From Bdellovibrionales bacterium (GTDB taxonomy: Bacteria; Bdellovibrionota; Bdellovibrionia; Bdellovibrionales; JAMPXM01): 42,641 nt of DNA. Below are positions 30,830-39,536 of the stretch, piece after piece. The position numbers and the translations under genes were made by a program. Position 1 is the stretch's first letter. Every line of letters starts with the position of its first letter. The stretch lies in the NCBI GenBank assembly GCA_043739185.1, contig JAYUEN010000234.1, forward strand, positions 1 through 42,641, read 5' to 3'. Under the pieces are notes generated by a model. The model was given only the letters and a program-made list of their open reading frames with translations. It searched no databases and was not told the origin of the DNA.

Positions 30830-33800
30830 AATAAAGAGTCCTTCACAGCAAACAGTGAGTGAACAGGCGCAAATGCTCTCAATCAGCATTTTTTGTTTCT
30901 TATTGCTTTCAAGTTGTTTTCGGCCAGAGCATAAATCTCCCGATGCCAATTCGCTAGATGCGCAAGAAGAAAGCCTTGCCACCTTTGCGCTAAGAGAAAC
31001 TACGGCTACTTTTGAAGAACAAGAACTCAATAGCAACTTTAAAATTCCACTTTCTAAAAAGCTTACGTTTAATGTTTGCATTCAGGACAAGCGAACTCTT
31101 GAGTCTGTCATCGGCCATAGCTTTCGGATTGAAGGTGCCGACTCATTGAAGGATCTTAAAACCAATGTATCAGGCTGCCTGGTTTGGTCTGAAAAAGTTC
31201 CCTTTAATTTCTTTGCTCAATCTATTTTTGTATCTGAGCAGAGAAAGATCATCGCAACCGGAATTCATTCTGGGCGACGCACCCTGCGCTTTGCAATTAG
31301 ACCTTGGGAGACTTCTGATAATTATGTGGATCTCAATTTCAATCCAAGTAAAATTGCTGAACGCGATCTCGCACCTCTTGCTAAAGCTGACGATGCCTTG
31401 CAAGGACGTCTTGGCAATCAAGAAAAACTCAAAGTCCCAACTTGGCCAGACTCGTTTAGCATACAAGCACTCGATATTGAGCTTTCAGCTAAAGCACGAA
31501 AAATTAAAATTCATGGCGAGCTCACACCGTCGGTTTATACGACCTCTTCGTCTGGTAAAGTCGGTACTGTTGCCTTTACCAATGGATTATTTGATTATCA
31601 CCTCTACTTCGTAATTGAGTCCAAACCTTCAAAAGATGCGGCAAAACAAAATGAAAACCAAAAATTAATTGTCTTTGAAGTGCATTCAAAAAAACCAGCA
31701 AACATGGACAACCTAAAACTCAAAATAGATGAAGTCGTAGAGCTCAATAAATTGGTCAACCAAGGCGAATTGCGACTTGCTCTGCAACTTATTCCGGTTC
31801 AGGGACCCGAATCATTAAGTGTATTTAATGGCGTTTATACTCTGGGCGAATCGAATACTTTGACCGGCGGATTTGGGCCAAAATTAGTTGATGGCCTCAA
31901 TAATGTCGGCAAGGATTTTCAAATTGCCAGCTACTTAAATGGAGCCTTCAGACAAGATGGCACAAAAATAAAGTCAAACAGCTCAAGCATGACACTTGTG
32001 CAATCAAGCCCAAGCGAAATTAAGAGTTTGAATTTGGTTACCACGCATTCTTTTAGCGTGCCCGAATCTCCGTGGAGCTTCGGCGCCTCGCCAGATGCCC
32101 AACACCAAAATGAGAATCTACAATTTGTTGATCGTGATATCACTTTCAAAGCTTGTATCGTCAATGCGAATAAGTCCCCACTCATTGGTGAAACTTTTCA
32201 GATTCAGTCTTATACTGGCGTACCGGTTGCACCAATTACAACTACAAATGATAACGGCGGCTGCCTCATTTGGGTTGAAACTTTTAAAAATCTTTCTTTT
32301 TATTCTCGTGAAGTGCCTAAAGAGGGCATGATCATTATATCAAGTAATGGCCAAGAAATGAAATTGCCAGTTGCCATTGATCCTTTAAGTCCAACACCCA
32401 TGTTTGATTTGCGAATGCCGGCAAAGCGACTAGAGTTTGAGAATCTCAAAGCGAGCTCGAAAAATCGCAAGATCAAACTCAATCTCAATCGTTTTGCAAT
32501 GACCCCACGGGGCAATCAAATCTTTGCGATTGATCGCGCGTTGAATTTAGATACCTCTCAAACTTTCAATTTTGATTTACCCCAAGTGCAAGTAGCCAGA
32601 ACAGATCGCACTGACAATACCCAGGCCGAAGCTCTTAAAGACGGTTATTATCTTTTGAGAGTGGCCATTCAAAAAGACTATATCGATACGCAAAATCTCG
32701 AGACCTGCGCAAAACCCCACAAACTTGAAGACGGCACTGTTGATGGCTGTGAACGCCAGCATGTGGCAACGGCGCAAAAGATTGTGCAATTTATCGGGGG
32801 CCACATTCAAGGTACCATCATGAATTTTTTCTTTAGTGATTGGCGCTTTTTACGCGTTCAAAATAATCTGCTCGTTGAACTATACCCAATAGACTATTCA
32901 AAATTTTCGACACAAAATCTCGACCAACAAATGCAAGACCTCAATGTCGAATTTTCAGGCGTGGCGAAAACGCATGCAAGTATCGCTAAATTTGATTCTT
33001 TAATTGATAAGAACTCAGACATATACTCAACTGAAAACTTCATTGGTCAAATTGTACCGCTTGAGGCTTTTGTTTATGATACGGCTTTGTATGCCAACAA
33101 CAAAGCGCGCAGCCTGCAAATATGTGAGACCAAGGCTTGCGGCAGCGGATTTTATTCAAATGTTCATTATGATGCCTCGGATTCAGATCCTGAAATTGCA
33201 AAATTTCGCTTAGGCACTTTGCATCTCTTAAATACCAAGGTCGAAGACTTGATGGAAGTTGAGCGCCAAGAAATGATGGCCATCAATACGGACAAACCTG
33301 AGGCATTCGATATTGGCAAATTTGCTGCAAGTGCCTTTAGTGACCTGGTGATGATTAATACCAGCGCTTTAGAAGTTCAGATCGATAAGTCAGTGAACAG
33401 CTTTTTGCCAGTTCCGACTCAAAGCCAAGCCAATGTTGAGAGCTTTTTAGAATCTCTGAACAAAATGACTCCAGACTTTTCAAAATGGATTTATCGTTGC
33501 GATCGCAGTCGCTTTGACAGTGATACCATGTGCTTTATCAATGGTAATGATGGCGGCCCTAAAGGTCATCCCATGGCCAAAATTGATAAGCTGATGGTGC
33601 AAGATAAAGTCCCAGGACTTGCCAACTATATGCCTAAGATGACCAAAGAAGCGCTTCAAGAATTCATAAGTTATGTGCCTGAAAAGGAAGTCGCGACAGA
33701 CGAAGGTGCGGACGCCGCCAAAGTTGAAAATCAAAAACAATATATTCAACAAAGAAATTTTGCGTTCAGACTCTGTAAGTTTTGGTTTCACGATTATATT

Positions 33801-34790
33801 CCAAGTCAAAACAAAACCAAGGATCCCATTTATCAACAATCCAATTGGGCAATGAGAGGAAGCGAATGGGTCGAGAAACAATTCGATAAATATCGACCAA
33901 ATTGGATGAAGTCCGACCAACGAGATTTATCCGAAGAATTGGTTGACGATTGCGTTCTTTCAACTTTTAAAGATGCGACCTCGGTATTCTTTTTTGAGAG
34001 AAAATTGCCGGTCTTTGAATTTAAGCAAACCGAAGATACTCAACCTCTCGATACCTTCGGCATTGATATCAGCTCCAGTGAATCGGTTTCGTTCGGCATT
34101 TCGACCTCTTCATCGGCATCTTCTTCGGCTACTTTTAATCCCATTGCTTTCGTAGGTTTAATCAAACCTATTGGAGCATTACTCGGCGTCTTCACTCCAT
34201 TTGGTTATTCTTGGAGTTGGAGCGATAGCATTTCAAAAAGCAAGGGCAAGAATTTAGATTCCTCAACTAGCTCTGGAGTCAGCCTCAATGTCGATCAAGA
34301 GAATCTACGACTCAATCTCAATGAATATGATTCATGTTTGAATGTGCGTTTAAACCCAGCCTATATTGAAAATGCAAAGCTGCTTGATCGCGTCGGCTCA
34401 AAAGATCCGAATATGACCACCAAAATGAAAAAAGATAAAATAAGATATTTGACTCGAGGTCTTTTAATTTGCGGCGGAGAGCGCATCAAAAAGCCAATTT
34501 TATATACCGAAAGATATTACTTCTTAAGGCAGTCTTTGAATGACCCGACGATGACGAGAAAATATGATTTTAGGAATAATCCCTATTCATTTAAACTTCG
34601 CGGCGACAATGAATTGCATACCTTTTATTCACTCACCTCTGCCAAGCCTTCTGCAGATGCAAGCTTTCGCTTAAATCAAGGCCACAATTTAAAGTCAAAT
34701 ATTGAGCAAAGGATGAAGAATATAACGGACAAAAACCCATCGGTCCCCTATCGCCAACCATCATTCCCAGGCGTGATCACGATCGACTAA
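30807..34790 (+). CDS. Large hypothetical lipoprotein with an internal domain duplication and a Ser/Thr-rich C-terminal hairpin
   Basis: 1,327-aa ORF with lipobox-like FLLLSSC (alternative start ATG 30873). Overlaps the upstream gene by 23 nt. Confidence 0.8.
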   Translation: MATLNFFKIKSPSQQTVSEQAQMLSISIFCFLLLSSCFRPEHKSPDANSLDAQEESLATFALRETTATFEEQELNSNFKIPLSKKLTFNVCIQDKRTLESVIGHSFRIEGADSLKDLKTNVSGCLVWSEKVPFNFFAQSIFVSEQRKIIATGIHSGRRTLRFAIRPWETSDNYVDLNFNPSKIAERDLAPLAKADDALQGRLGNQEKLKVPTWPDSFSIQALDIELSAKARKIKIHGELTPSVYTTSSSGKVGTVAFTNGLFDYHLYFVIESKPSKDAAKQNENQKLIVFEVHSKKPANMDNLKLKIDEVVELNKLVNQGELRLALQLIPVQGPESLSVFNGVYTLGESNTLTGGFGPKLVDGLNNVGKDFQIASYLNGAFRQDGTKIKSNSSSMTLVQSSPSEIKSLNLVTTHSFSVPESPWSFGASPDAQHQNENLQFVDRDITFKACIVNANKSPLIGETFQIQSYTGVPVAPITTTNDNGGCLIWVETFKNLSFYSREVPKEGMIIISSNGQEMKLPVAIDPLSPTPMFDLRMPAKRLEFENLKASSKNRKIKLNLNRFAMTPRGNQIFAIDRALNLDTSQTFNFDLPQVQVARTDRTDNTQAEALKDGYYLLRVAIQKDYIDTQNLETCAKPHKLEDGTVDGCERQHVATAQKIVQFIGGHIQGTIMNFFFSDWRFLRVQNNLLVELYPIDYSKFSTQNLDQQMQDLNVEFSGVAKTHASIAKFDSLIDKNSDIYSTENFIGQIVPLEAFVYDTALYANNKARSLQICETKACGSGFYSNVHYDASDSDPEIAKFRLGTLHLLNTKVEDLMEVERQEMMAINTDKPEAFDIGKFAASAFSDLVMINTSALEVQIDKSVNSFLPVPTQSQANVESFLESLNKMTPDFSKWIYRCDRSRFDSDTMCFINGNDGGPKGHPMAKIDKLMVQDKVPGLANYMPKMTKEALQEFISYVPEKEVATDEGADAAKVENQKQYIQQRNFAFRLCKFWFHDYIPSQNKTKDPIYQQSNWAMRGSEWVEKQFDKYRPNWMKSDQRDLSEELVDDCVLSTFKDATSVFFFERKLPVFEFKQTEDTQPLDTFGIDISSSESVSFGISTSSSASSSATFNPIAFVGLIKPIGALLGVFTPFGYSWSWSDSISKSKGKNLDSSTSSGVSLNVDQENLRLNLNEYDSCLNVRLNPAYIENAKLLDRVGSKDPNMTTKMKKDKIRYLTRGLLICGGERIKKPILYTERYYFLRQSLNDPTMTRKYDFRNNPYSFKLRGDNELHTFYSLTSAKPSADASFRLNQGHNLKSNIEQRMKNITDKNPSVPYRQPSFPGVITID

Positions 34791-34792
34791 AA

Positions 34793-34817
34793 GTGCCAGC
34801 CAACATTTCGTAATTCA
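34793..34817 (+). repeat. Dispersed 25-bp repeat, copy 2
   Basis: GTGCCAGCCAACATTTCGTAATTCA, 23/25 identical to 4519-4543. Confidence 0.7.
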
Positions 34818-34851
34818 GCGTGTAATGAAACTCGAGGCGGCACTTCCAAGC

Positions 34852-34880
34852 TTGATTAAAACCCTATGATTTTCTATGTT
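34852..34880 (+). promoter_or_regulatory. Putative sigma70 promoter of tRNA-Pro
   Basis: TTGATT-N17-TATGTT ending 9 nt before the tRNA. Confidence 0.5.
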
Positions 34881-34889
34881 GAAGAGGTT

Positions 34890-34966
34890 CGGCGCGTGGC
34901 GCAGCCTGGTAGCGCACATGCTTGGGGTGCATGAGGTCGCAGGTTCAAATCCTGTCGCGCCGACCA
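34890..34966 (+). tRNA. tRNA-Pro(GGG)
   Basis: 77-nt cloverleaf: acceptor CGGCGCG/CGCGCCG, D-arm GCGCAGCCTGGTAGCGC, anticodon arm CATGC-TTGGGGT-GCATG, T-arm GCAGG-TTCAAAT-CCTGT, encoded CCA. Confidence 0.97.
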
Positions 34967-35090
34967 ATTTTTTGAAGCTGTGAGAGTAATAAACCCCAAA
35001 AACCCAAATGTACTAAGTACATAAAAGCATTGAAAAGCGCCTGACATCCTCAGCCCGAATCTTTCACGAAAGATCGTGAAATGTGCCGCC

Positions 35091-35122
35091 TTTGCTACTT
35101 TTCTGCTACTCGTTTGCTACTT
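35091..35122 (+). repeat. Three 10-bp direct repeats at an 11-bp period (integrase arm-type site-like)
   Basis: TTTGCTACTT (35091), TCTGCTACTC (35102), TTTGCTACTT (35113). Confidence 0.7.
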
Positions 35123-35278
35123 GTAATCAGTATTTATTTTACTTTTGCTCATCTCTTCCGGCCAAGTTGTAGAGCCTAAAACCAATGTATACTGCTCCAT
35201 TGCGCTCCTCAGATCATCAATCCAGTTTTCAATATCCAACAAATACCAAAATTTAAATTCAAACTTAAGGAGATTCAC

Positions 35279-35380
35279 ATGGGACTTGATAGACTTTTCC
35301 AGGCAGTCGTAGCTTTAGCCGTTCTTGCATCCTCTATATTGCCCGTCCCATTTGAGAATAAAGGCACTACGATTCTGTAA
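35279..35380 (+). CDS. Small 33-aa hydrophobic ORF (or a truncated gene start)
   Basis: AAGGAG-N6-ATG; translates MGLDRLFQAVVALAVLASSILPVPFENKGTTIL*. Below the ORF-track cutoff. Confidence 0.45.
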   Translation: MGLDRLFQAVVALAVLASSILPVPFENKGTTIL

Positions 35381-35502
35381 AGGTAATTCTGGGCCAATCG
35401 GAGTTACTTCGTACTTTGAGAAAATATAGAAAGTGTGTTAGCACCTCTCAGACCTTTGCTCTGACGAGTGGTGTAATATATTCCAATGGTGCAATCATTT
35501 TT

Positions 35503-36828
35503 ATGGGACAAAATAGTTTTATTAAAAAAAATCCTAAGCTTGTTAAGGAATGGCACCCTACCAAAAATGGGGATCTAAACCCTTGTGATGTTACGAATGG
35601 ATCCGGTAAGAAAGTATGGTGGAAGTGCCCAAAAGGAGAAGATCACGAATGGCAGGCAGTTATTGCAAACAGAACCAAAGGAATTGGTTGTCCTATTTGT
35701 TCTAATCAAAAAGTTGTGAGGTCTAACTCTTTCGGAACAGTTAATTCACAACTTGCAAAAGAGTGGCACGCTACTAAAAACAAAGCCTTAACCCCGTTTG
35801 AAATTTTGCCTAACTCGAAAACAAAGGTATGGTGGCAATGCCTCAAAAACTCTGAACATGAATGGCAGTCAAATCTAAACAATCGAAGCAATGGAAAAGG
35901 CTGTCCCATCTGTTGCAACCAGAAGCTTGTGCGCTCTAATAGTTTAGGTTCAATCAATAAAAAATTATCTAAAGAATGGCACCCTACTAAAAATGGCAAA
36001 CTAACTCCGTTCAGTGTTGCTCCATCTACATCAAAGAAAGTATGGTGGAGGTGCCCTAAAGGAGATGATCACGAATGGCAAGCAACCATTAATCATAGAT
36101 CCAATGGCACGGCTTGTCCAAAATGCAACCCTGCCACTTCAATCCCGGAATTAAGAATTTTCACCGAACTAAAGACAATATTTCCATCAACACAACATAG
36201 AGCTATTTTAAAGGGAGTTGAGGTTGACGTATACATACCAGAGTTAAAAATAGGAGTCGAATATGATGGATTCTATTGGCACCAAGAGAAACATAAAAAA
36301 GACCAAGACAAGTATTTATGTTTGGAGTCCTCGATACTTCTAATAAGAGTAAGAGAAGAAGGGCTGCAGACAATAAATAAAAATGATATTAGCATTAAGA
36401 AAAGGCATATTGCGGTTTCAACAATTAAAAAAATATTAGAGTTAATTCTCAAAAATCGAAATGTAACGGCACCTGAAGCCCTAGGGAAAATTCAGTATTA
36501 TATGGGAGTTGAAGATTGGTTAGCATCTAAACATTTTTATAAAATGTATTCAGAAAGAAATCATGTGCACTTCGAAAAATCATTAAGCTTTCTATTTCCA
36601 GATATCGCAAAAGAGTGGCACCCGACAAGGAACAATTTTTTACTTCCTGAATACTTTTCTCATGGTTCAGGCATAAAGGTTTGGTGGCTTGGAAAATGTA
36701 AACATGAGTGGCGAGACTCAATAAATCATCGAACGCGCGGTAGAGACTGCCCTAAATGTAGATATAAAAAATCTAGCCAAACTCAAAAACAAAAATGGAA
36801 AAATCCCGTCCAATTAGATTTGTTTTAA
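35503..36828 (+). CDS. Zinc-ribbon (treble-clef/DUF4379-like) repeat protein with an internal PD-(D/E)XK (Vsr/DUF559-like) nuclease domain
   Basis: Four EWHxTxN...KVWW...HEW...CPxC repeats, three of them tandem at a 213-bp period (35548, 35761, 35974) and a fourth at 36613. Nuclease motif EVDVYIPELKIGVEYDGFYWH. ATG 35503 preferred over TTG 35416. Confidence 0.85.
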   Translation: MGQNSFIKKNPKLVKEWHPTKNGDLNPCDVTNGSGKKVWWKCPKGEDHEWQAVIANRTKGIGCPICSNQKVVRSNSFGTVNSQLAKEWHATKNKALTPFEILPNSKTKVWWQCLKNSEHEWQSNLNNRSNGKGCPICCNQKLVRSNSLGSINKKLSKEWHPTKNGKLTPFSVAPSTSKKVWWRCPKGDDHEWQATINHRSNGTACPKCNPATSIPELRIFTELKTIFPSTQHRAILKGVEVDVYIPELKIGVEYDGFYWHQEKHKKDQDKYLCLESSILLIRVREEGLQTINKNDISIKKRHIAVSTIKKILELILKNRNVTAPEALGKIQYYMGVEDWLASKHFYKMYSERNHVHFEKSLSFLFPDIAKEWHPTRNNFLLPEYFSHGSGIKVWWLGKCKHEWRDSINHRTRGRDCPKCRYKKSSQTQKQKWKNPVQLDLF

Positions 36829-37070
36829 TCTCTAAAATAAAGGCTCTCCATTCTCATGCCATTGGAACAGACAACCTGAGAGCTATTTCAATATGTTATA
36901 GCAAAGACAAATATTGGATCTGATGCAGTTGAAAATTAGTTCTGACCAAATTGGACAACTGGTATTAATAGCCATATCTTGCTGAAATCGATGGAGCGTG
37001 CAATAACATGAAATACTACCTCCAACTATTCTGCCGATAAACTCTGATTAGTCTGAGATTCTCAAAGAGC

Positions 37071-39536
37071 TTAAACCTGCGGCCTAAAAGATTTCGCCAA
37101 TGCATATTGGCTAAGTGGCCCCATCAGCACAGGCGGTTCTGTTATCGAGTAACCCATTTGACGGTATGCCTTCAGGCGATTGCGGTACATTTTTACAAGC
37201 ATCGCACTTGAAAAGTCGACATAGTCGATCATTTGCACATTAGTTTTACCTTCAACTAAGCGGTGAATTCGACCCGCGTACTGAACCATTCGTCCTTCAA
37301 ACGACAAAGGTGTTGCCAATATCATTGTATCAAGTGCCGGCAAATCAAAGCCTTCACCTATTAATGAAGCCGATGACACCAAAAGAACTTTGCGTCCGAC
37401 CGATCTTAGTTCGTGAAGTTTCTCAAGTGCTAGTCTTCTTTGCTTTGAGGTCAAATCTCCATCGAGTCGTATAATTTCAAGCTCTGGAATTTTCGCCGTT
37501 TCACTGATAATCAAAGTAAGAACATCGAGATGTTCTTTTCGATCTGAAATTAAAAGTGGAAAACGATTTTCTCTTAGAGCGGCAACTGTATGACTAGCTA
37601 TAAGTTCGTTCCTTGCGACATTCGAAGTCAGGTGATGAATGAGTTCGTGATAAGGGGGTCGATCGCCAGCAGCTACCGGCAATCGAAATCCAGTTTCATT
37701 TATGGTCACGAACTTTTTTAAGGCTAAACTCTCTGAATTTTCAAGTTTGTGCCTAATAGGGCCACATTGCTGAAAAAGAATTTTTTCAAGACCATCTTTT
37801 CTATAGGGAGTTGCCGTTAGTCCCACAACATATCGAGCCGGCAATTGCTTTAGGATATCTTCGAAGGAGGCGGCGGGGATATGATGGCACTCATCAATAA
37901 TAATCTGCGAATAAGATTGAGATATTTCCGTAAGGTCTTCAATTTTTGTTAGCGACTGAAGCATTGCGAGATCAAGCTTGCCAGTCATTTTCTTTTTCGT
38001 CCCGCTTAAATTACCGATCTCTTTTGGTGGGATACCTAGAAATGTTGAAATGCGCTCTCTCCATTGCTCCATAAGCGGCTGTCGGTGAATCAGCACAAGA
38101 GTAGAAACTTTACGTTCAGCGATTAAAGCACAGGCCATTACCGTTTTGCCAGATCCCGGAGGGGCCATTAAAATACCGACATCTGACTTCCGAATTTTTT
38201 TAACAGCCTCTTGCTGAGAAGGGGTCAAGACACCCGTAAACTCGACCTTCAATTTCTTTTTGCCAATCCGCTCATCTCTTATAATAACTTGTGACCCAGC
38301 CACAGTCAGTATCTTGATGACTTCGTCTAGCACACCCCTTGGCAAACAAATCTCAGTAGGGCGGATTTCTCCAGAAAATATAAACCGTGACAATGGATAT
38401 GTTTGCATCCGCATACGCTGTCTTTTGTAAAACTCTGGATTTGCAAAGCTAGAAGTCTTTTTTATTTTTGCAACTACTCGACTTGGTAGCTTCTCAAGTG
38501 GGATTGTCAACATTGGACCAAATACAATCTCAATAGTTTCGCCTTTGAGCTTGGGCTCAGGCGAATTTTGAGAAGATGTCTTTTCAAGAATTGAATTGTC
38601 GGTAAGCCAGGACACGTCTTCAAAGCCATCTTTACTAATTTTACCCATTGGAAGAAACTCAATTAAAAGCCCACGAACTTCTGCACTCGAAAGTCTATGC
38701 ACTTGATTCAAATACTGCCATTGATCTGGGTAAGGTTCGAAGTGATGATCGACGAAGAGGCTGTTTCCAGCATCCCTTGAAGCTTTTTGCAGTGGGAGAG
38801 CAATCAAATTTCCAAAGCCGCCATTGGGTAAATAGTCTTGAGATGGGAAAAATCTGTCATAAGATTCGAGGCTAAGTCGAAGATTTCTCTCCGAACATTT
38901 AGCCAAAATCAAAGTGCCGAGCGACCTAGCAATTTTTGCTGATATAGAATCTTCAAAGAAAATCCATGCGTGCGCTCCATTACCTGATCTTGAGCGCTCA
39001 ACAGCAATATCAATTCCCAAAGCTCTACCAGTATCCCGAAAAGTTGCCACATCCATTTGCCACGAAGTTTCGTCAAAATCGCAAGCAAGAAAAACACACG
39101 TATCATCTGGTTTAATAGCGTAGGTCCCTATTGAGACCAGTCCCCTCAGATGGGCTTCGACCGCAGATTCATCAAGAGGACGAAATTTTTGATTCGTGCA
39201 AACCGCACATTTTACTTTGGGTTTATTACAAAGTGGTTTAACCCATTCGTTGCTACAAACTGGAGAATACCCAGACTTACCGGTCTTAATATTCTCCCAC
39301 CGTTTCGGAAAAATTTCATGCCTTGCACGAAAGAGCTCTAGAAAAAGGCGAACTTTATCTGGATTTGTGGCAATGGCCGACAAGGCCGTTGGTCGGCCTA
39401 ACAAAGTTCGTTTCGAATCCATTTCACTGCTGACTTTTTCTCGTAAATCTTGAATTTCCCTCATCATCGAAACGCGACTTGCATCAAGTTTCAAAAGGCT
39501 ACTTTCAAGTTCTTGAAGCCGCTTTTCTTGACTCAT
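37071..39536 (-). CDS. AEP primase (TOTE-conflict-system type) fused to an SF2 DExH helicase
   Basis: N-terminal coiled coil and Cys cluster CSNEW..LC..CAVC. AEP motifs ACDFD, ERSRSGNGAHAW and GNLIALPLQ. Helicase motifs APPGSGKT, IIDECHH, TATP, EGFDLP and QYAGRIHR. Confidence 0.88.
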   Translation of the reverse strand: MSQEKRLQELESSLLKLDASRVSMMREIQDLREKVSSEMDSKRTLLGRPTALSAIATNPDKVRLFLELFRARHEIFPKRWENIKTGKSGYSPVCSNEWVKPLCNKPKVKCAVCTNQKFRPLDESAVEAHLRGLVSIGTYAIKPDDTCVFLACDFDETSWQMDVATFRDTGRALGIDIAVERSRSGNGAHAWIFFEDSISAKIARSLGTLILAKCSERNLRLSLESYDRFFPSQDYLPNGGFGNLIALPLQKASRDAGNSLFVDHHFEPYPDQWQYLNQVHRLSSAEVRGLLIEFLPMGKISKDGFEDVSWLTDNSILEKTSSQNSPEPKLKGETIEIVFGPMLTIPLEKLPSRVVAKIKKTSSFANPEFYKRQRMRMQTYPLSRFIFSGEIRPTEICLPRGVLDEVIKILTVAGSQVIIRDERIGKKKLKVEFTGVLTPSQQEAVKKIRKSDVGILMAPPGSGKTVMACALIAERKVSTLVLIHRQPLMEQWRERISTFLGIPPKEIGNLSGTKKKMTGKLDLAMLQSLTKIEDLTEISQSYSQIIIDECHHIPAASFEDILKQLPARYVVGLTATPYRKDGLEKILFQQCGPIRHKLENSESLALKKFVTINETGFRLPVAAGDRPPYHELIHHLTSNVARNELIASHTVAALRENRFPLLISDRKEHLDVLTLIISETAKIPELEIIRLDGDLTSKQRRLALEKLHELRSVGRKVLLVSSASLIGEGFDLPALDTMILATPLSFEGRMVQYAGRIHRLVEGKTNVQMIDYVDFSSAMLVKMYRNRLKAYRQMGYSITEPPVLMGPLSQYALAKSFRPQV

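Noticed and set aside
35548..36130. DNA repeats at a 213-bp period considered as a CRISPR-like or non-coding array
   Set aside because: They are in-frame protein domain repeats of the zinc-ribbon gene; there is no repeat-spacer structure and no cas gene.
36829..37070. Possible gene remnant or 14-aa ORF with a GGAGGT RBS between the convergent nuclease and helicase genes
   Set aside because: The frames I read are short or interrupted by stops and contain no identifiable motif.
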